DNA of 53,194 nucleotides from Vicinamibacteria bacterium (GCA_963577695.1 CAUZAY010000002.1:1-53194), one strand, 5' to 3'. Numbered from the stretch's first letter, positions 43,375 to 52,487 are shown. Numbers and translations: made by a program. The notes: a model not told the origin generated them from the letters alone.

Positions 43375-44559
43375 ATGCCACTCTCCCCCGGCCCACGCCT
43401 CGGCGTCTACGAGGTCTCCGCCAAGAGCGGCGAAGGCGGCATGGGCGAGTTCTATCAGGCCAGGGACACGAAGCTCGACCGGGACGCCGCCGGTGCCCCG
43501 GTTATTGGAGCGGCCGAGTTCCAGCATCCTGGAGAGATCTTGCTCGAAGAGTTCCTGGTCCCCATGGGGCTCAGTCAGAACCGTATCGCCAGGGCGATGG
43601 GCGTACCTCCGCGTCGAATCAACGAGATCGTGCACGCGAAGCGTTCGATCACCGCCGACACGGCGCTGCGTCTGGCACGCTACTTCGGCACATCAGAACA
43701 GTTCTGGATGGGGCTCCAGGCCGACCACGATCTCGAGGAGGCGCGCCGCCGCTTCGTCACTGTCCTCCGCCTGTCACCCGACGGCCGGCAGCTCGTGACC
43801 CAAATTGTCTCCGAGGTCGGCGGCGGCTCAGAGGTCTGGGTGTACGACCTGGAGCGCGACAATTTCCGGGCCATTTCACAGGAAGCGGACTGGAACGAGC
43901 ACCCGATCTGGTCGGCCGATGGCCGCTCTGTCGTCTGGACCACCGACACGCTCGGTGCCGGCGATCTCCTGATTCGCCCGGCGGACGCCAGCGCCCCGGC
44001 GCGACCGCTGTTCTTCGATGAGCCTTACAAAGTCGCGAGCGACGCCCACCCGTCCGGCAAATATGTCGTGTCGACACCGAGCGACGAACAGGACCTCTGG
44101 GTCTATACTGAGGACGACTCTGAACAGCCCGAGCACTTCCTGGCGGCCCCCGGGATGCAGTGGGACGGGTCGTTCTCGCCAGACGGCCGGCACATCGTGT
44201 ACGACTCGCAGGAATTCGGTGCCACGGAGGTCTACGTGCGTCCCTATCCCCGGCGCGAAGACGGCAGCGACTGGTTCCAGCAGATCAGCCGTGGCGGCGG
44301 AGAAAGCCACCCCGTCTGGGTGGCCGACGACCGCATCGTCTACCGTCAAGGCACACGCGCCATGGAAGTGCGGGTCACCGACAACGGCTCGGAGCTCTCC
44401 TTTTCCAACCCGGTCCAGCTCTTCGACGGCCTGGACGCGGCCTGGGACATCGCACCCGACGGCACATACTTCGTGTCGCTCGAGCTGATCGAGCCGCCGC
44501 GGCTAATGGTGGTGTTGGATTGGTTTGAGGAACTCGGGCGCCTCGTCCAGACGAACTGA
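43375..44559 (+). CDS. Chimeric ORF: kinase N-terminus (37 aa) + complete HigA antitoxin HTH + TolB-like beta-propeller tail
   Basis: 394 codons with no stop. aa 1-37 are MPLSPGPRLGVYEVSAKSGEGGMGEFYQARDTKLDRD. aa ~44-126 are EFQHPGEILLEEFLVPMGLSQNRIARAMGVPPRRINEIVHAKRSITADTALRLARYFGTSEQFWMGLQADHDLEEA. aa ~131-394 are PD40/TolB-like repeats ending PRLMVVLDWFEELGRLVQTN. The kinase catalytic domain is absent. Confidence 0.6.
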   Translation: MPLSPGPRLGVYEVSAKSGEGGMGEFYQARDTKLDRDAAGAPVIGAAEFQHPGEILLEEFLVPMGLSQNRIARAMGVPPRRINEIVHAKRSITADTALRLARYFGTSEQFWMGLQADHDLEEARRRFVTVLRLSPDGRQLVTQIVSEVGGGSEVWVYDLERDNFRAISQEADWNEHPIWSADGRSVVWTTDTLGAGDLLIRPADASAPARPLFFDEPYKVASDAHPSGKYVVSTPSDEQDLWVYTEDDSEQPEHFLAAPGMQWDGSFSPDGRHIVYDSQEFGATEVYVRPYPRREDGSDWFQQISRGGGESHPVWVADDRIVYRQGTRAMEVRVTDNGSELSFSNPVQLFDGLDAAWDIAPDGTYFVSLELIEPPRLMVVLDWFEELGRLVQTN

Positions 44560-44572
44560 CGTGGAGTAACCG

Positions 44573-45940
44573 ATGTCTAACCGTCGCCCCCCGAGCCGGA
44601 TGGCCACCGCCGTCACGTGCGCCGTCGTCGCGCTGGCCACGCTCGCGCTCGACGCTGAGGACTGGCCGCAGTGGCGCGGCATGGACCGGGACGCGGTCTG
44701 GCGGGACACCGACCTCGTCGAGCGCTTCGCCGACGACGGCCTGATCGTGAAATGGCGGGCGCCGGTACGCGGCGGCTTCGCCGGGCCGGCCGTCGCGGAC
44801 GGTCGCGTCTTCGTCCTCGACTACCAGGAAACACCCGGGAGCCGCACATTGGACGGCCACGAGCGGCTCGTCGTGCTCGACGAGGCGAGCGGCGCGCAGC
44901 TGTGGACGCGGGAATGGCCGGCGACCTACCGCAACATCAACGTCAAGTTTGCGACCGGCCCCCGGGCCACGCCCACGGTGCACGGCGACCAGGTATACAT
45001 CCTGGGCGCAGCCGGCATGCTGTCGTGCTTCGATACCGCGACGGGGGACCTGGTCTGGCGAGTGGATACCGTCGCCAACTTTGCGGTGACCGTGCCGGTC
45101 TTCGGCGTGTCGCAGTCGCCGCTGGTCGAGGGCGACCACCTGATCGTCGTGCTCGGCGGTGAGCCAGATGCGATGGTGGTGGCGTTCGACACGGCGACGG
45201 GCGCAGAGGCGTGGCGCGCGATCGAGACGACGTCGGAGCCGGGCTATTCCTCGCCGATCGTGATTACCGCCGGCGGCGAGCGGCAGTTGATTGTCTGGCA
45301 CGCGGCGGCGGTGACGTCGCTCGATCCGGCCACTGGGGACATCTGGTGGCAGCACGACTTCTCGGTCCCCAGCGGATTGACGATCGGGTCACCCGTGAGA
45401 AGCGGGAGGTATCTGCTCGTCACGCAGGTGGAGAGCGGCGGTCTGATGCTGGCGCTCAATCCCGATCGGCCGGCGGCGCGCCTGCTCTGGGACGGCGCGA
45501 ACCCCAACCGAACCGACCGTCCACCGCAAGGGGCGACGCTGTCGACGCCGGTGGTCGTGGGCGACACCATCTACGGTCTCAGCAGCTACGGCGAGTTCCG
45601 CGGCGTCGACGCGGCGACCGGCACGCGACTCTGGTCGACCGACCGGCTGACGCCGAACGAGCGCTGGGCGAATTCGTACCTGGTCCAGAACGGCGCCCGC
45701 TGGTTCGTCACCAACGAGACGGGCGAACTGATCATCGCCCGCTTCACACCGGCCGGGTACGAAGAGGTCGACCGGACACTGTTGCTGGAGCCGACCACCC
45801 GCACCCGCGGCGGCGCCTCTGGCCGCTGGGACGACCGCGCGGTGCTGTGGGCACACCCGGCGTTCGCGAACCGACACGTCGTCGTGCGAAACGACGTGGA
45901 GGTCGTGCGGCTGTCGCTCGCGGCCGAGGATTACGAGTAG
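44573..45940 (+). CDS. Exported PQQ-like beta-propeller repeat protein
   Basis: 455 aa, RBS GGAG. Signal ...AVVALATLALDA then EDWPQWRGMDRDAVW. Paralog of 15709 and 17251. Confidence 0.8.
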   Translation: MSNRRPPSRMATAVTCAVVALATLALDAEDWPQWRGMDRDAVWRDTDLVERFADDGLIVKWRAPVRGGFAGPAVADGRVFVLDYQETPGSRTLDGHERLVVLDEASGAQLWTREWPATYRNINVKFATGPRATPTVHGDQVYILGAAGMLSCFDTATGDLVWRVDTVANFAVTVPVFGVSQSPLVEGDHLIVVLGGEPDAMVVAFDTATGAEAWRAIETTSEPGYSSPIVITAGGERQLIVWHAAAVTSLDPATGDIWWQHDFSVPSGLTIGSPVRSGRYLLVTQVESGGLMLALNPDRPAARLLWDGANPNRTDRPPQGATLSTPVVVGDTIYGLSSYGEFRGVDAATGTRLWSTDRLTPNERWANSYLVQNGARWFVTNETGELIIARFTPAGYEEVDRTLLLEPTTRTRGGASGRWDDRAVLWAHPAFANRHVVVRNDVEVVRLSLAAEDYE

Positions 45941-45959
45941 CCGCGGAAGCCTTCACCGC

Positions 45960-46205
45960 TCAGTCTCTGTCGTCAAACGTCTCCCACTCGTGCTTGACTC
46001 GCTTCATGAGCGTCTCAAAACGCGGGTTGCCATGTAGCCTCTCAAGAAACGGATCGAGCTGGGTGAGCAGCGGATGATTGATGAACCCTTGATCCACGGC
46101 GGTCGCCAGCCACTCCAACGCAAGGTCGTCTTGCTGTGCGAGGGCGCACAGGCTGGCGGTGTATCGGAACCCCTCACCACCCTGGGGGAGGGAGAAGTCG
46201 CGCAT
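45960..46205 (-). pseudogene. C-terminal TPR-type fragment (tail only)
   Basis: ...LCALAQQDDLALEWLATAVDQGFINHPLLTQLDPFLERLHGNPRFETLMKRVKHEWETF. The DPxFxxLRxxPRFxxL tail is typical of the end of large TPR proteins. No upstream body; it collides head-on with the 46180 pseudogene. Confidence 0.45.
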
Positions 46206-47428
46206 CTTGCTCCCGACGTGCTGCCGAACGGCGAGGCGGCGCTGTTCACGGTGCGAACGGGGGCAGATGGCGACCAGATTGCCCGCGTGGCGCTGGACAC
46301 TCGAGACCGACGATCCCTCTCGCTGCAGGGAACTCGCCCGCGGTACGTGTCAACGGGACACATCATCTTTGCACGCGACAACGCTCTCTGGGCGGTCCCG
46401 TTCGATGCCGATCGACAGGAGGTCACCGGGTTGCCGGTGCCTGTGCTGGAAGACGTCCCAGTCAGCAACAACAATGGGTATGACCAGGCGGCGGTCGCGA
46501 AGAATGGGACCCTGATGTATCTGGCGGGCTCCGTCAGGAACAGCAATCGGTCGCTGGTGTGGGTTGATCGAGACGGAGCGGAAGAGGCCTTCGCCACGGA
46601 GCCGCGCCTTTACGCTGCTCCCCGGGTCGCGCCCGACGGTACGCGAGTGGCGGTCTAAATCGTCGATCAGCAGGCCGCTGACATCTGGACATGGGACTTC
46701 GCCAGGGAGACGCTGACCCGGCTCACCTTCGAATCAGCCAGCGACGGCGGTCCCATCTGGACGCCGGATAGCCAGTGGGTGCTGTTCGGGTCTCGGCGCC
46801 AGGCGACTCAGGTGTTCGCCAAGGCGGCCGACGGCACCGGCTGTGTCGAGCGGCTGACGGACCATCCGCGGGGAATCTACCCTCTTGCGGTCTCTCCGGA
46901 TGCGCAGCACGTCGTGATGCAGACCGGTGCCGGCCTCACGCGGATGGCGACGGAGTGGTCGAGGAGCTGCTGGTCAGCAACGCCAACGAGCGGGGTGCCA
47001 CGTTCTCCGCCGACGGCCGTTGGATCGCGTACCAATCCGACGAGTCGGGGCGGAACGAAATCTACGTGCGACCGTTTCCCGACGTGGACGCTGGACGGTG
47101 GCAAGTGTCGACCACCGGCGGCACCCAGCCGGTATGGAGCCCGGACCCGGACCGGCAGGAACTGTTCTACACGGACCCAGCGCCGAGTCTGGTGGCGGTG
47201 CCGGTCCGCGGCGAGGGCGCGACGTTCGCGTACGGCAATCCGGAGGTCCTGTTCGATGGCACGGCGTGTGTCCTCAGACCCAACTCCCGCTACTACGACG
47301 TGTCCCCGGACGGGAAGCGCTTTCTGATGATCAAAGTGCACAGCGTCGGGGAAGACGGCGCCGTGCCTGAGATCATCGTCGTCGAAAACTGGTTCGAGGA
47401 GCTGAAAACGCTGGTGCCCGTCCCGTAG
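46180..47428 (+). pseudogene. Decayed Ser/Thr-kinase-associated TolB-like propeller region (5'-truncated, one nonsense codon, one frameshift)
   Basis: Homology starts mid-domain (...PLTTLGEGEVAHLAPDVLPNGEAALFTV). There is an in-frame TAA at 46656-46658 (..GTRVAV*IVDQQAADIWTWDF..). The frame changes between ~46920 and 46945 (..SPDAQHVVM / DGDGVVEELLVSNANERGATFSADGRWIAYQSDESGRNEIYVRPFP..). It ends with the family tail IIVVENWFEELKTLVPVP*. Confidence 0.65.
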
Positions 47429-47496
47429 TCTGTTCTCCAGGCGGCGTATCCCAACTCAAACGCCATATCAGCAGGGTGCGGAAAAACGATCAGAGC

Positions 47497-47622
47497 GGTT
47501 TCCTGCCGAGGCGTTCGGCTGACAAGGCGCGACGAGGGAGCATGCAGGTGGCCGCCCCGGCCAGCCGGGCGGGGGCGACCGACGAAGCAACGCCGTCCAG
47601 ACGGGCACCTCGGCAGGAAACC
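47497..47622. repeat. Inverted-repeat element, copy 2
   Basis: Arms GGTTTCCTGCCGAGGCG (47497-47513) and CACCTCGGCAGGAAACC (47606-47622) are complementary at 16/17. The core GACCGACGAAGCAACGCCGTCCAGACGGGCACCTCG matches copy 1. It carries a ~20-nt GC-rich palindromic insertion relative to copy 1. Again located between convergent gene ends. Confidence 0.5.
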
Positions 47623-48563
47623 TAGCGACCGGCTGCCTGCCGTCCCAACCGCAGCGCATTGCTTGCGCCGGCATTGAGACCTCCATCGGCACCGACCGTG
47701 ACAAAGCGAAAGCCTTCATTGATCCGCTGCTGCACGGAACCCGCACCGGTGGTGATCGCGCACGGCACGTCGTTGTCGAGACAGGCCCGCAGCACGGTCT
47801 GGATCGCCGCTTCGACTTCGGGAGCCGCCGGACTCGCGAAACCCATCGACGTGCTCAGGTCGGACGGGCCAATGAAGATGGCACCCAATCCAGGCACTGT
47901 GATGATGTCGTCGATGTTCTCCACGCCTTCGGCCGATTCGATGAACATCATTGACAGCAGTTCGCCTTGCGGGTCGAGTGGCCAGACATCCGCCTTCGCG
48001 TGATAGTCACGAATGCCCCAGTACCACTGCGCGTTGGATGGATTGCGACCTCGCAGGCCCTGGGGTTCATAGTCCGGCGCGCCAGAGAGTTGCGGGTAGC
48101 GCGTCGCTCTCACCGCCAGCTCGGCATCTTCCCGCGTGTGAATCGCCGGAAAGAAGATGCCGAAGACACCGACGTCCAAGACCTGCTTGGCTTGTGCGAT
48201 CAACTCCTCCGCCCCGCCCGCGGCGGGAATGCGCACGAATGGCACCACGTCCGGTTGCAGGGTGCCACCCTCGTTGATCGCTCGCTTGTTGGTCATGCCG
48301 AGCAAGAACAACCGCAACCGCTCGACGTCGAACGGCGCGTGCTCCATGTCGATGAATACGAAATCGAGACCGGAGGTCGCCATCGCGCGGGCATTGTTCA
48401 AGGAGTAGTCGAACGACAAGACACCGAATGCGGACTGGTCGTTCTCAAACAGCTCGATCAGCTTGTTGAGCCGGGTGCCCTCCTGGGCCAGAACGGCTTG
48501 GGGCGTGCCACACAGCGCAGCGACGGCTACACAGGTTAGCGTTTTGACTAGTGCTTGTTTCAT
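47622..48563 (-). CDS. Secreted HpcH/HpaI-family aldolase, paralog 2
   Basis: 313 aa, RBS GGAGAGAG. Signal MKQALVKTLTCVAVAALCGTPQAVLAQ. LDFVFIDMEHAPFD, VRIPAAG, MFIESAEGVENIDDI, IGPSDL. Confidence 0.8.
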   Translation of the reverse strand: MKQALVKTLTCVAVAALCGTPQAVLAQEGTRLNKLIELFENDQSAFGVLSFDYSLNNARAMATSGLDFVFIDMEHAPFDVERLRLFLLGMTNKRAINEGGTLQPDVVPFVRIPAAGGAEELIAQAKQVLDVGVFGIFFPAIHTREDAELAVRATRYPQLSGAPDYEPQGLRGRNPSNAQWYWGIRDYHAKADVWPLDPQGELLSMMFIESAEGVENIDDIITVPGLGAIFIGPSDLSTSMGFASPAAPEVEAAIQTVLRACLDNDVPCAITTGAGSVQQRINEGFRFVTVGADGGLNAGASNALRLGRQAAGR

Positions 48564-48769
48564 TGGCTGCTCTCTCCGTTGGGAAGACCGTCGCGCACCT
48601 TGCCGAACACGTCGGGCCGAGAATGCCTCTCCTGAGAGTCCAGGTCAAGGCGAGTGTCCTCGCCCTACTCAGTCCCGAGCTTGCGCAGCCGCCAGGAAAC
48701 AGATCGAACGCGCCTCTGTCGTAGACTCTGTGCACGGAGTGTGTCTGGCGGACGGTGACCACAAAGAGC

Positions 48770-49564
48770 ATGAACAGAGGCGTGGGACGGGGTCAGCAGA
48801 TGTGGGCGCGGCTCGGCCGGACGGTCGCTGTCTCGCTGCTCGGACTCCTGTGGGCCGCCGGCCACGCCCCGTCGGTCGACAGCGCCGCGACCGCCGGGGC
48901 ACCGGAGCGCCGCCCTCGGCAACCACGCGCGGATCGGAGGCCTGAGCGTTTGGACATGGTCGAGCAACAGCTGCTGGCCCGCGACATCACCGACCCACGG
49001 GTGATTGACGCGATACGCCGGGTCCCTCGCGACCGCTTCGTGCCGGCCACCCAGCAAGACGCCGCCTACGAGGACCGTCCGCTCCCGATCGGCTATCGCC
49101 AGACCATTTCGCAGCCCTACATCGTGGCCTTCATGACCCAGGCGCTCCAGCTGACCGAGGAGACGCGGGTGCTGGAGATCGGCACCGGCTCGGGCTACCA
49201 GACCGCGGTCCTCGCCGAGCTGGCCGCACAGGTCTACTCCATCGAGATCGTGCCCGAGCTGGCTGCGCGCGCCCGCGAGACACTGGCCGACCTGGGCCAC
49301 TCGAATGTCGAGACCAGGGTGGGTGACGGATACCAAGGCTGGCCAGACGAAGCCCCGTTCGACGCCATCATCGTCACCGCGGCCCCGGACCACGTGCCCG
49401 AGCCGCTCATCGCCCAACTGGCGCCAGGGGGCCGCATGGTGATTCCGGTGGGACAGGACCGACAGTCACTGACCCTGATCGCCCGCGGCGACGACGGGAT
49501 TACCCGGAGGAACCTGCTGCCGGTGCTGTTCGTCCCCATGACCGGAGAGGCCGAGCGCCGCTGA
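48770..49564 (+). CDS. pcm: Protein-L-isoaspartate O-methyltransferase with an N-terminal signal-like extension
   Basis: RVIDAIRRVPRDRFVP, TISQPYIVAFMTQAL, VLEIGTGSGYQTAVLA. The start is uncertain (GTG 48755, ATG 48770, ATG 48800). The N-terminus ...MWARLGRTVAVSLLGLLWAAGHAPS looks like a signal peptide. Confidence 0.85.
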   Translation: MNRGVGRGQQMWARLGRTVAVSLLGLLWAAGHAPSVDSAATAGAPERRPRQPRADRRPERLDMVEQQLLARDITDPRVIDAIRRVPRDRFVPATQQDAAYEDRPLPIGYRQTISQPYIVAFMTQALQLTEETRVLEIGTGSGYQTAVLAELAAQVYSIEIVPELAARARETLADLGHSNVETRVGDGYQGWPDEAPFDAIIVTAAPDHVPEPLIAQLAPGGRMVIPVGQDRQSLTLIARGDDGITRRNLLPVLFVPMTGEAERR

Positions 49565-49686
49565 TACGGGGGACGGTTTGCAGGAGCGCTGCGTCCCGCG
49601 CTAGGGTGGTCGAGCGTCACGGCTTTGGATCGCCGGCTGACTCCGTCGGTCGTGTGTCGTGGCGGCCGGTGCGGAGAGAAACAGAC

Positions 49687-51771
49687 ATGGCGACAAAAGG
49701 CGACCATCCCGACCACGACCCGAAGCTCGCGACAGAGAAGGGTCTGAACCGGCGAGATTTCGTCAAGACCGGAGTGGCCGCCGGGCTGGGTTCTGGCGCG
49801 CTGCTGGGGTCGGACGCGACGCACGCGCAGGGCTCCGAGACCGGCGCTCAGCCGACGACCTGGGACTACGACGTCGATATCGTGATCGCGGGAGGTGGCT
49901 GTGCGGGCCTGACCGCCGCGATTCGTGCGAAGGATCTGGGGGCCAGCGTGCTGGTGGTCGATCAGAACTTCGACCTCGGCGGCCGGATGCTGCACAGCGC
50001 GGGCCGGATGTCACTCGGCGGGGGCGACCCGGTACAGCAGCGAGACATGAAGGGCGAGCGAGACCGAGAGGGACTCGTCACCGTAGACCCGGCCGAGGAC
50101 CCGGAGGAGCTGGACGACAGCATCGAGCTGCTCTTCACGGATATCACCGACTGGTCGGTCGTCGACCCCAAAGGCCAAAGCCCTTACCGGTACAACGAAC
50201 GGGAGCTCGCGCGGGCGTGGGCTGAGAACTGTCCGGCGACCCGGCAGTTCCTGATCGACAACTACGTCCGGTTCTCGAGGGTCCGCGGCACGCATGGCGG
50301 AGGAGGCTTGTCGCGCGCGCGGTTGGCGACCTGCTTCCTCATGCTGGGCGACAAGACCGACATCAAGGCGGGAACCATCACCGCCGAGGACGCGGGCGTC
50401 GCCGATCGTGAGCGGTCGAGTGCGTTTGCCCCCGTGCAGATGAACAACGCGAGCCGCTCAGTGGGACCCAACGCCGTGGCGAACGGTGCCGCCCTCTCCC
50501 GGTCGCTGGAGTTCTCGGCGAGGGAGAAGGGCGTCGAGTTCATGCTGCATCGGCGTTTCGACGAGATCGTGCGTGAGGAACCCTTCTCGGGCCGGGTGCT
50601 CGGGATCACGGCGCACTATTCGCCGCGGCAGCACCCCGAGACCGGCGAACTCCTGCAAAGCCTGTGGCAGGACGGCAATGTCGACGAGCGGCGGGAAACG
50701 GTGACCATCAGGGCCCGCCAGGCCGTCATCCTCGCCAGCGGCGGTCATGCGGGCAACCCCGAAGTCCGCAGCATGTTCTACCCCGCCTTGCGGGAGCCAG
50801 CCTTCCCGACCAGTGGTCAGACCCTGCTCGGCCCTGGGGGTCAGGACGGCTCCGCGCTCATCGCGGGCCTGCGGGTCGGCGCGAACCTGGCCGGCATGCA
50901 GCAGAACCTCTCGTACTTCACCACGTTCCACATTTCGACGCGCCTCGGGACCCGCGATGCGTATACCGGCATGATGCCGGGTCATCCGACGTTCGATTTC
51001 CGCGGCTCCTCCGGATTCAATGTCGGCAACGCGGGTTTCGAAGAGCTCATCGCCGTGAACCAGGTCGGGAAGCGGTTCTTCAACGAGGTCCGTCTGCCCC
51101 GACGGCCCGGCCCCAGCGCATACCCGGGCGACGGTGGCGCTCCGGGGCGGGGGCTCGCGCACACGCCGCTCGACTGGCGCAATTGCCGCAAGGAGTGGGT
51201 CCGGGAGATGTACAACTACGACCACGGTCTCGATGCCGCGCTGGCAATGAACGAAGGATCGGAGGCTCCGGACTATTTCTCGGGGCCACTCTGGGCGGTC
51301 TTCGATCAGGATGCGGTCGAGCGGAATGGATGGGAGCTGCGCTATCCCTTCGTCTCAGACAACGGCTACTTCTTCCGCGCCGATACCATCGAGGATCTGG
51401 CCGACCAGATGTACGCGGGCCACGAGTTCCAGCGGGTGCGGCTGAAATACCTGGCCGAGACCGTGGCCACCTGGAACGGCTACGTGGGGGAGGGTGCCGA
51501 TCCTGAATTCGAGCGCGAGGCGGAGGCTCCGATGAGTCCCGTCATGACGCCACCGTTCTATGCGCTCTCGATCATGGTGATCTGGCACGACTCCTACGGC
51601 GGCCTCCGGGTCAACGGCCGACAGCAGGTCGTGGACATGCAGGGCCAGGTCATTCCCGGTCTTTATGCGGGGGGCGAGGCCGTGGGAGGGTTCAACAAGC
51701 ATGGCCTGGGCAAAGGTCACGTCCACGGCTACATCGCCGGCACGCATGCCGTCGAAGAGCCGTCCAGCTAG
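49687..51771 (+). CDS. Tat-exported FAD-dependent oxidoreductase (FAD_binding_2 / KstD-fumarate-reductase-like)
   Basis: Trimmed to ATG 49687 (RBS GGAGAG). Twin-arginine signal GLNRRDFVKTGVAAGLGSGALLGSDATHAQ. Dinucleotide fold DVDIVIAGGGCAGLTAAIRA. C-terminal GLYAGGEAVGG. Confidence 0.8.
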   Translation: MATKGDHPDHDPKLATEKGLNRRDFVKTGVAAGLGSGALLGSDATHAQGSETGAQPTTWDYDVDIVIAGGGCAGLTAAIRAKDLGASVLVVDQNFDLGGRMLHSAGRMSLGGGDPVQQRDMKGERDREGLVTVDPAEDPEELDDSIELLFTDITDWSVVDPKGQSPYRYNERELARAWAENCPATRQFLIDNYVRFSRVRGTHGGGGLSRARLATCFLMLGDKTDIKAGTITAEDAGVADRERSSAFAPVQMNNASRSVGPNAVANGAALSRSLEFSAREKGVEFMLHRRFDEIVREEPFSGRVLGITAHYSPRQHPETGELLQSLWQDGNVDERRETVTIRARQAVILASGGHAGNPEVRSMFYPALREPAFPTSGQTLLGPGGQDGSALIAGLRVGANLAGMQQNLSYFTTFHISTRLGTRDAYTGMMPGHPTFDFRGSSGFNVGNAGFEELIAVNQVGKRFFNEVRLPRRPGPSAYPGDGGAPGRGLAHTPLDWRNCRKEWVREMYNYDHGLDAALAMNEGSEAPDYFSGPLWAVFDQDAVERNGWELRYPFVSDNGYFFRADTIEDLADQMYAGHEFQRVRLKYLAETVATWNGYVGEGADPEFEREAEAPMSPVMTPPFYALSIMVIWHDSYGGLRVNGRQQVVDMQGQVIPGLYAGGEAVGGFNKHGLGKGHVHGYIAGTHAVEEPSS

Positions 51772-51779
51772 CCCCATCC

Positions 51780-52415
51780 ATGGCTAAAAACGACGAGACC
51801 ACGGCCGAAAACCAGCGGCACGACACGCGGGTCGTGGTGTGGGACGTGCCAGCGACCATCGAATGCGGCGAGACCTTCACGCTGAAGGTCGGGGTCACAT
51901 GCTCGTCGGCGTGCCGATCCGACGGGTGGACGGTCGAGGTGCGTGACCACGACGGGACACGGCGGGCGTCGGCCACGACCGGCCGCGAGCCATGGTCCGA
52001 CACCGCCGGGCTCCACTATGCACAGGTGGAGCTGAGCGCCCCGGACACGGAGGGGCTCTATACCTGGGAAGCCACGGCTCCGGCGACTGCCCTGGACATT
52101 CCGCATGCCGAAGGGGTCGCCCGTTTTGGCGTGCGAGCCGTTCCCACCCCCGAGTGCCTCCTGACGGTCGTCGCCGTAGACGTGGACCGTCAGACGCCCG
52201 TCGAAGGGGCCAAGGTGGTCGTTCACCCCTACAAGACCCTCACAGACAAGCAGGGGGTGGCGCGGGTGAGGGTGCCGGCCGGCGCGTACACCCTCTTTGT
52301 CTCCGGAAAGAAATATTTCCCCTTCCGCAGCGACTGTGACCTGAAGGCCGACGTCACCATACGGGCGGATCTCGCGGTCGATCGGGAGCTCTCCGATGCT
52401 GACATCTGGATCTAA
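51780..52415 (+). CDS. Hypothetical two-domain beta-sandwich protein (C-terminal CarboxypepD_reg-like domain), no signal peptide
   Basis: 211 aa, 8 nt after the flavoprotein stop. TVVAVDVDRQTPVEGAKVVVHPYKTLTDKQGVARVRVPAGAYTLFVSGKKYFPF resembles carboxypeptidase-regulatory-like folds. The N-terminal half is Cys-containing and Ig-like, of unknown family. Confidence 0.55.
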   Translation: MAKNDETTAENQRHDTRVVVWDVPATIECGETFTLKVGVTCSSACRSDGWTVEVRDHDGTRRASATTGREPWSDTAGLHYAQVELSAPDTEGLYTWEATAPATALDIPHAEGVARFGVRAVPTPECLLTVVAVDVDRQTPVEGAKVVVHPYKTLTDKQGVARVRVPAGAYTLFVSGKKYFPFRSDCDLKADVTIRADLAVDRELSDADIWI

Positions 52416-52449
52416 GGACCCGTGCAGGAATAAGTTCTGCACGGGTCCT
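52415..52449 (+). terminator. Perfect 13-bp stem hairpin between the 211-aa gene and the cytochrome c gene
   Basis: AGGACCCGTGCAG-gaataagtt-CTGCACGGGTCCT, read directly, overlapping the TAA stop. There is no clear U-tract (followed by AATTCC), so it may be an attenuator or processing site rather than a full terminator. Confidence 0.45.
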
Positions 52450-52487
52450 AATTCCAGACCTGCCAACACACGGGAGCGCAACCGCCG

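Noticed and set aside
46656-46658. In-frame TAA as programmed read-through or recoding.
   Set aside because: TAA is not a selenocysteine or pyrrolysine codon. The same gene also has a frameshift and a missing 5' half, so pseudogenisation is the simpler explanation.
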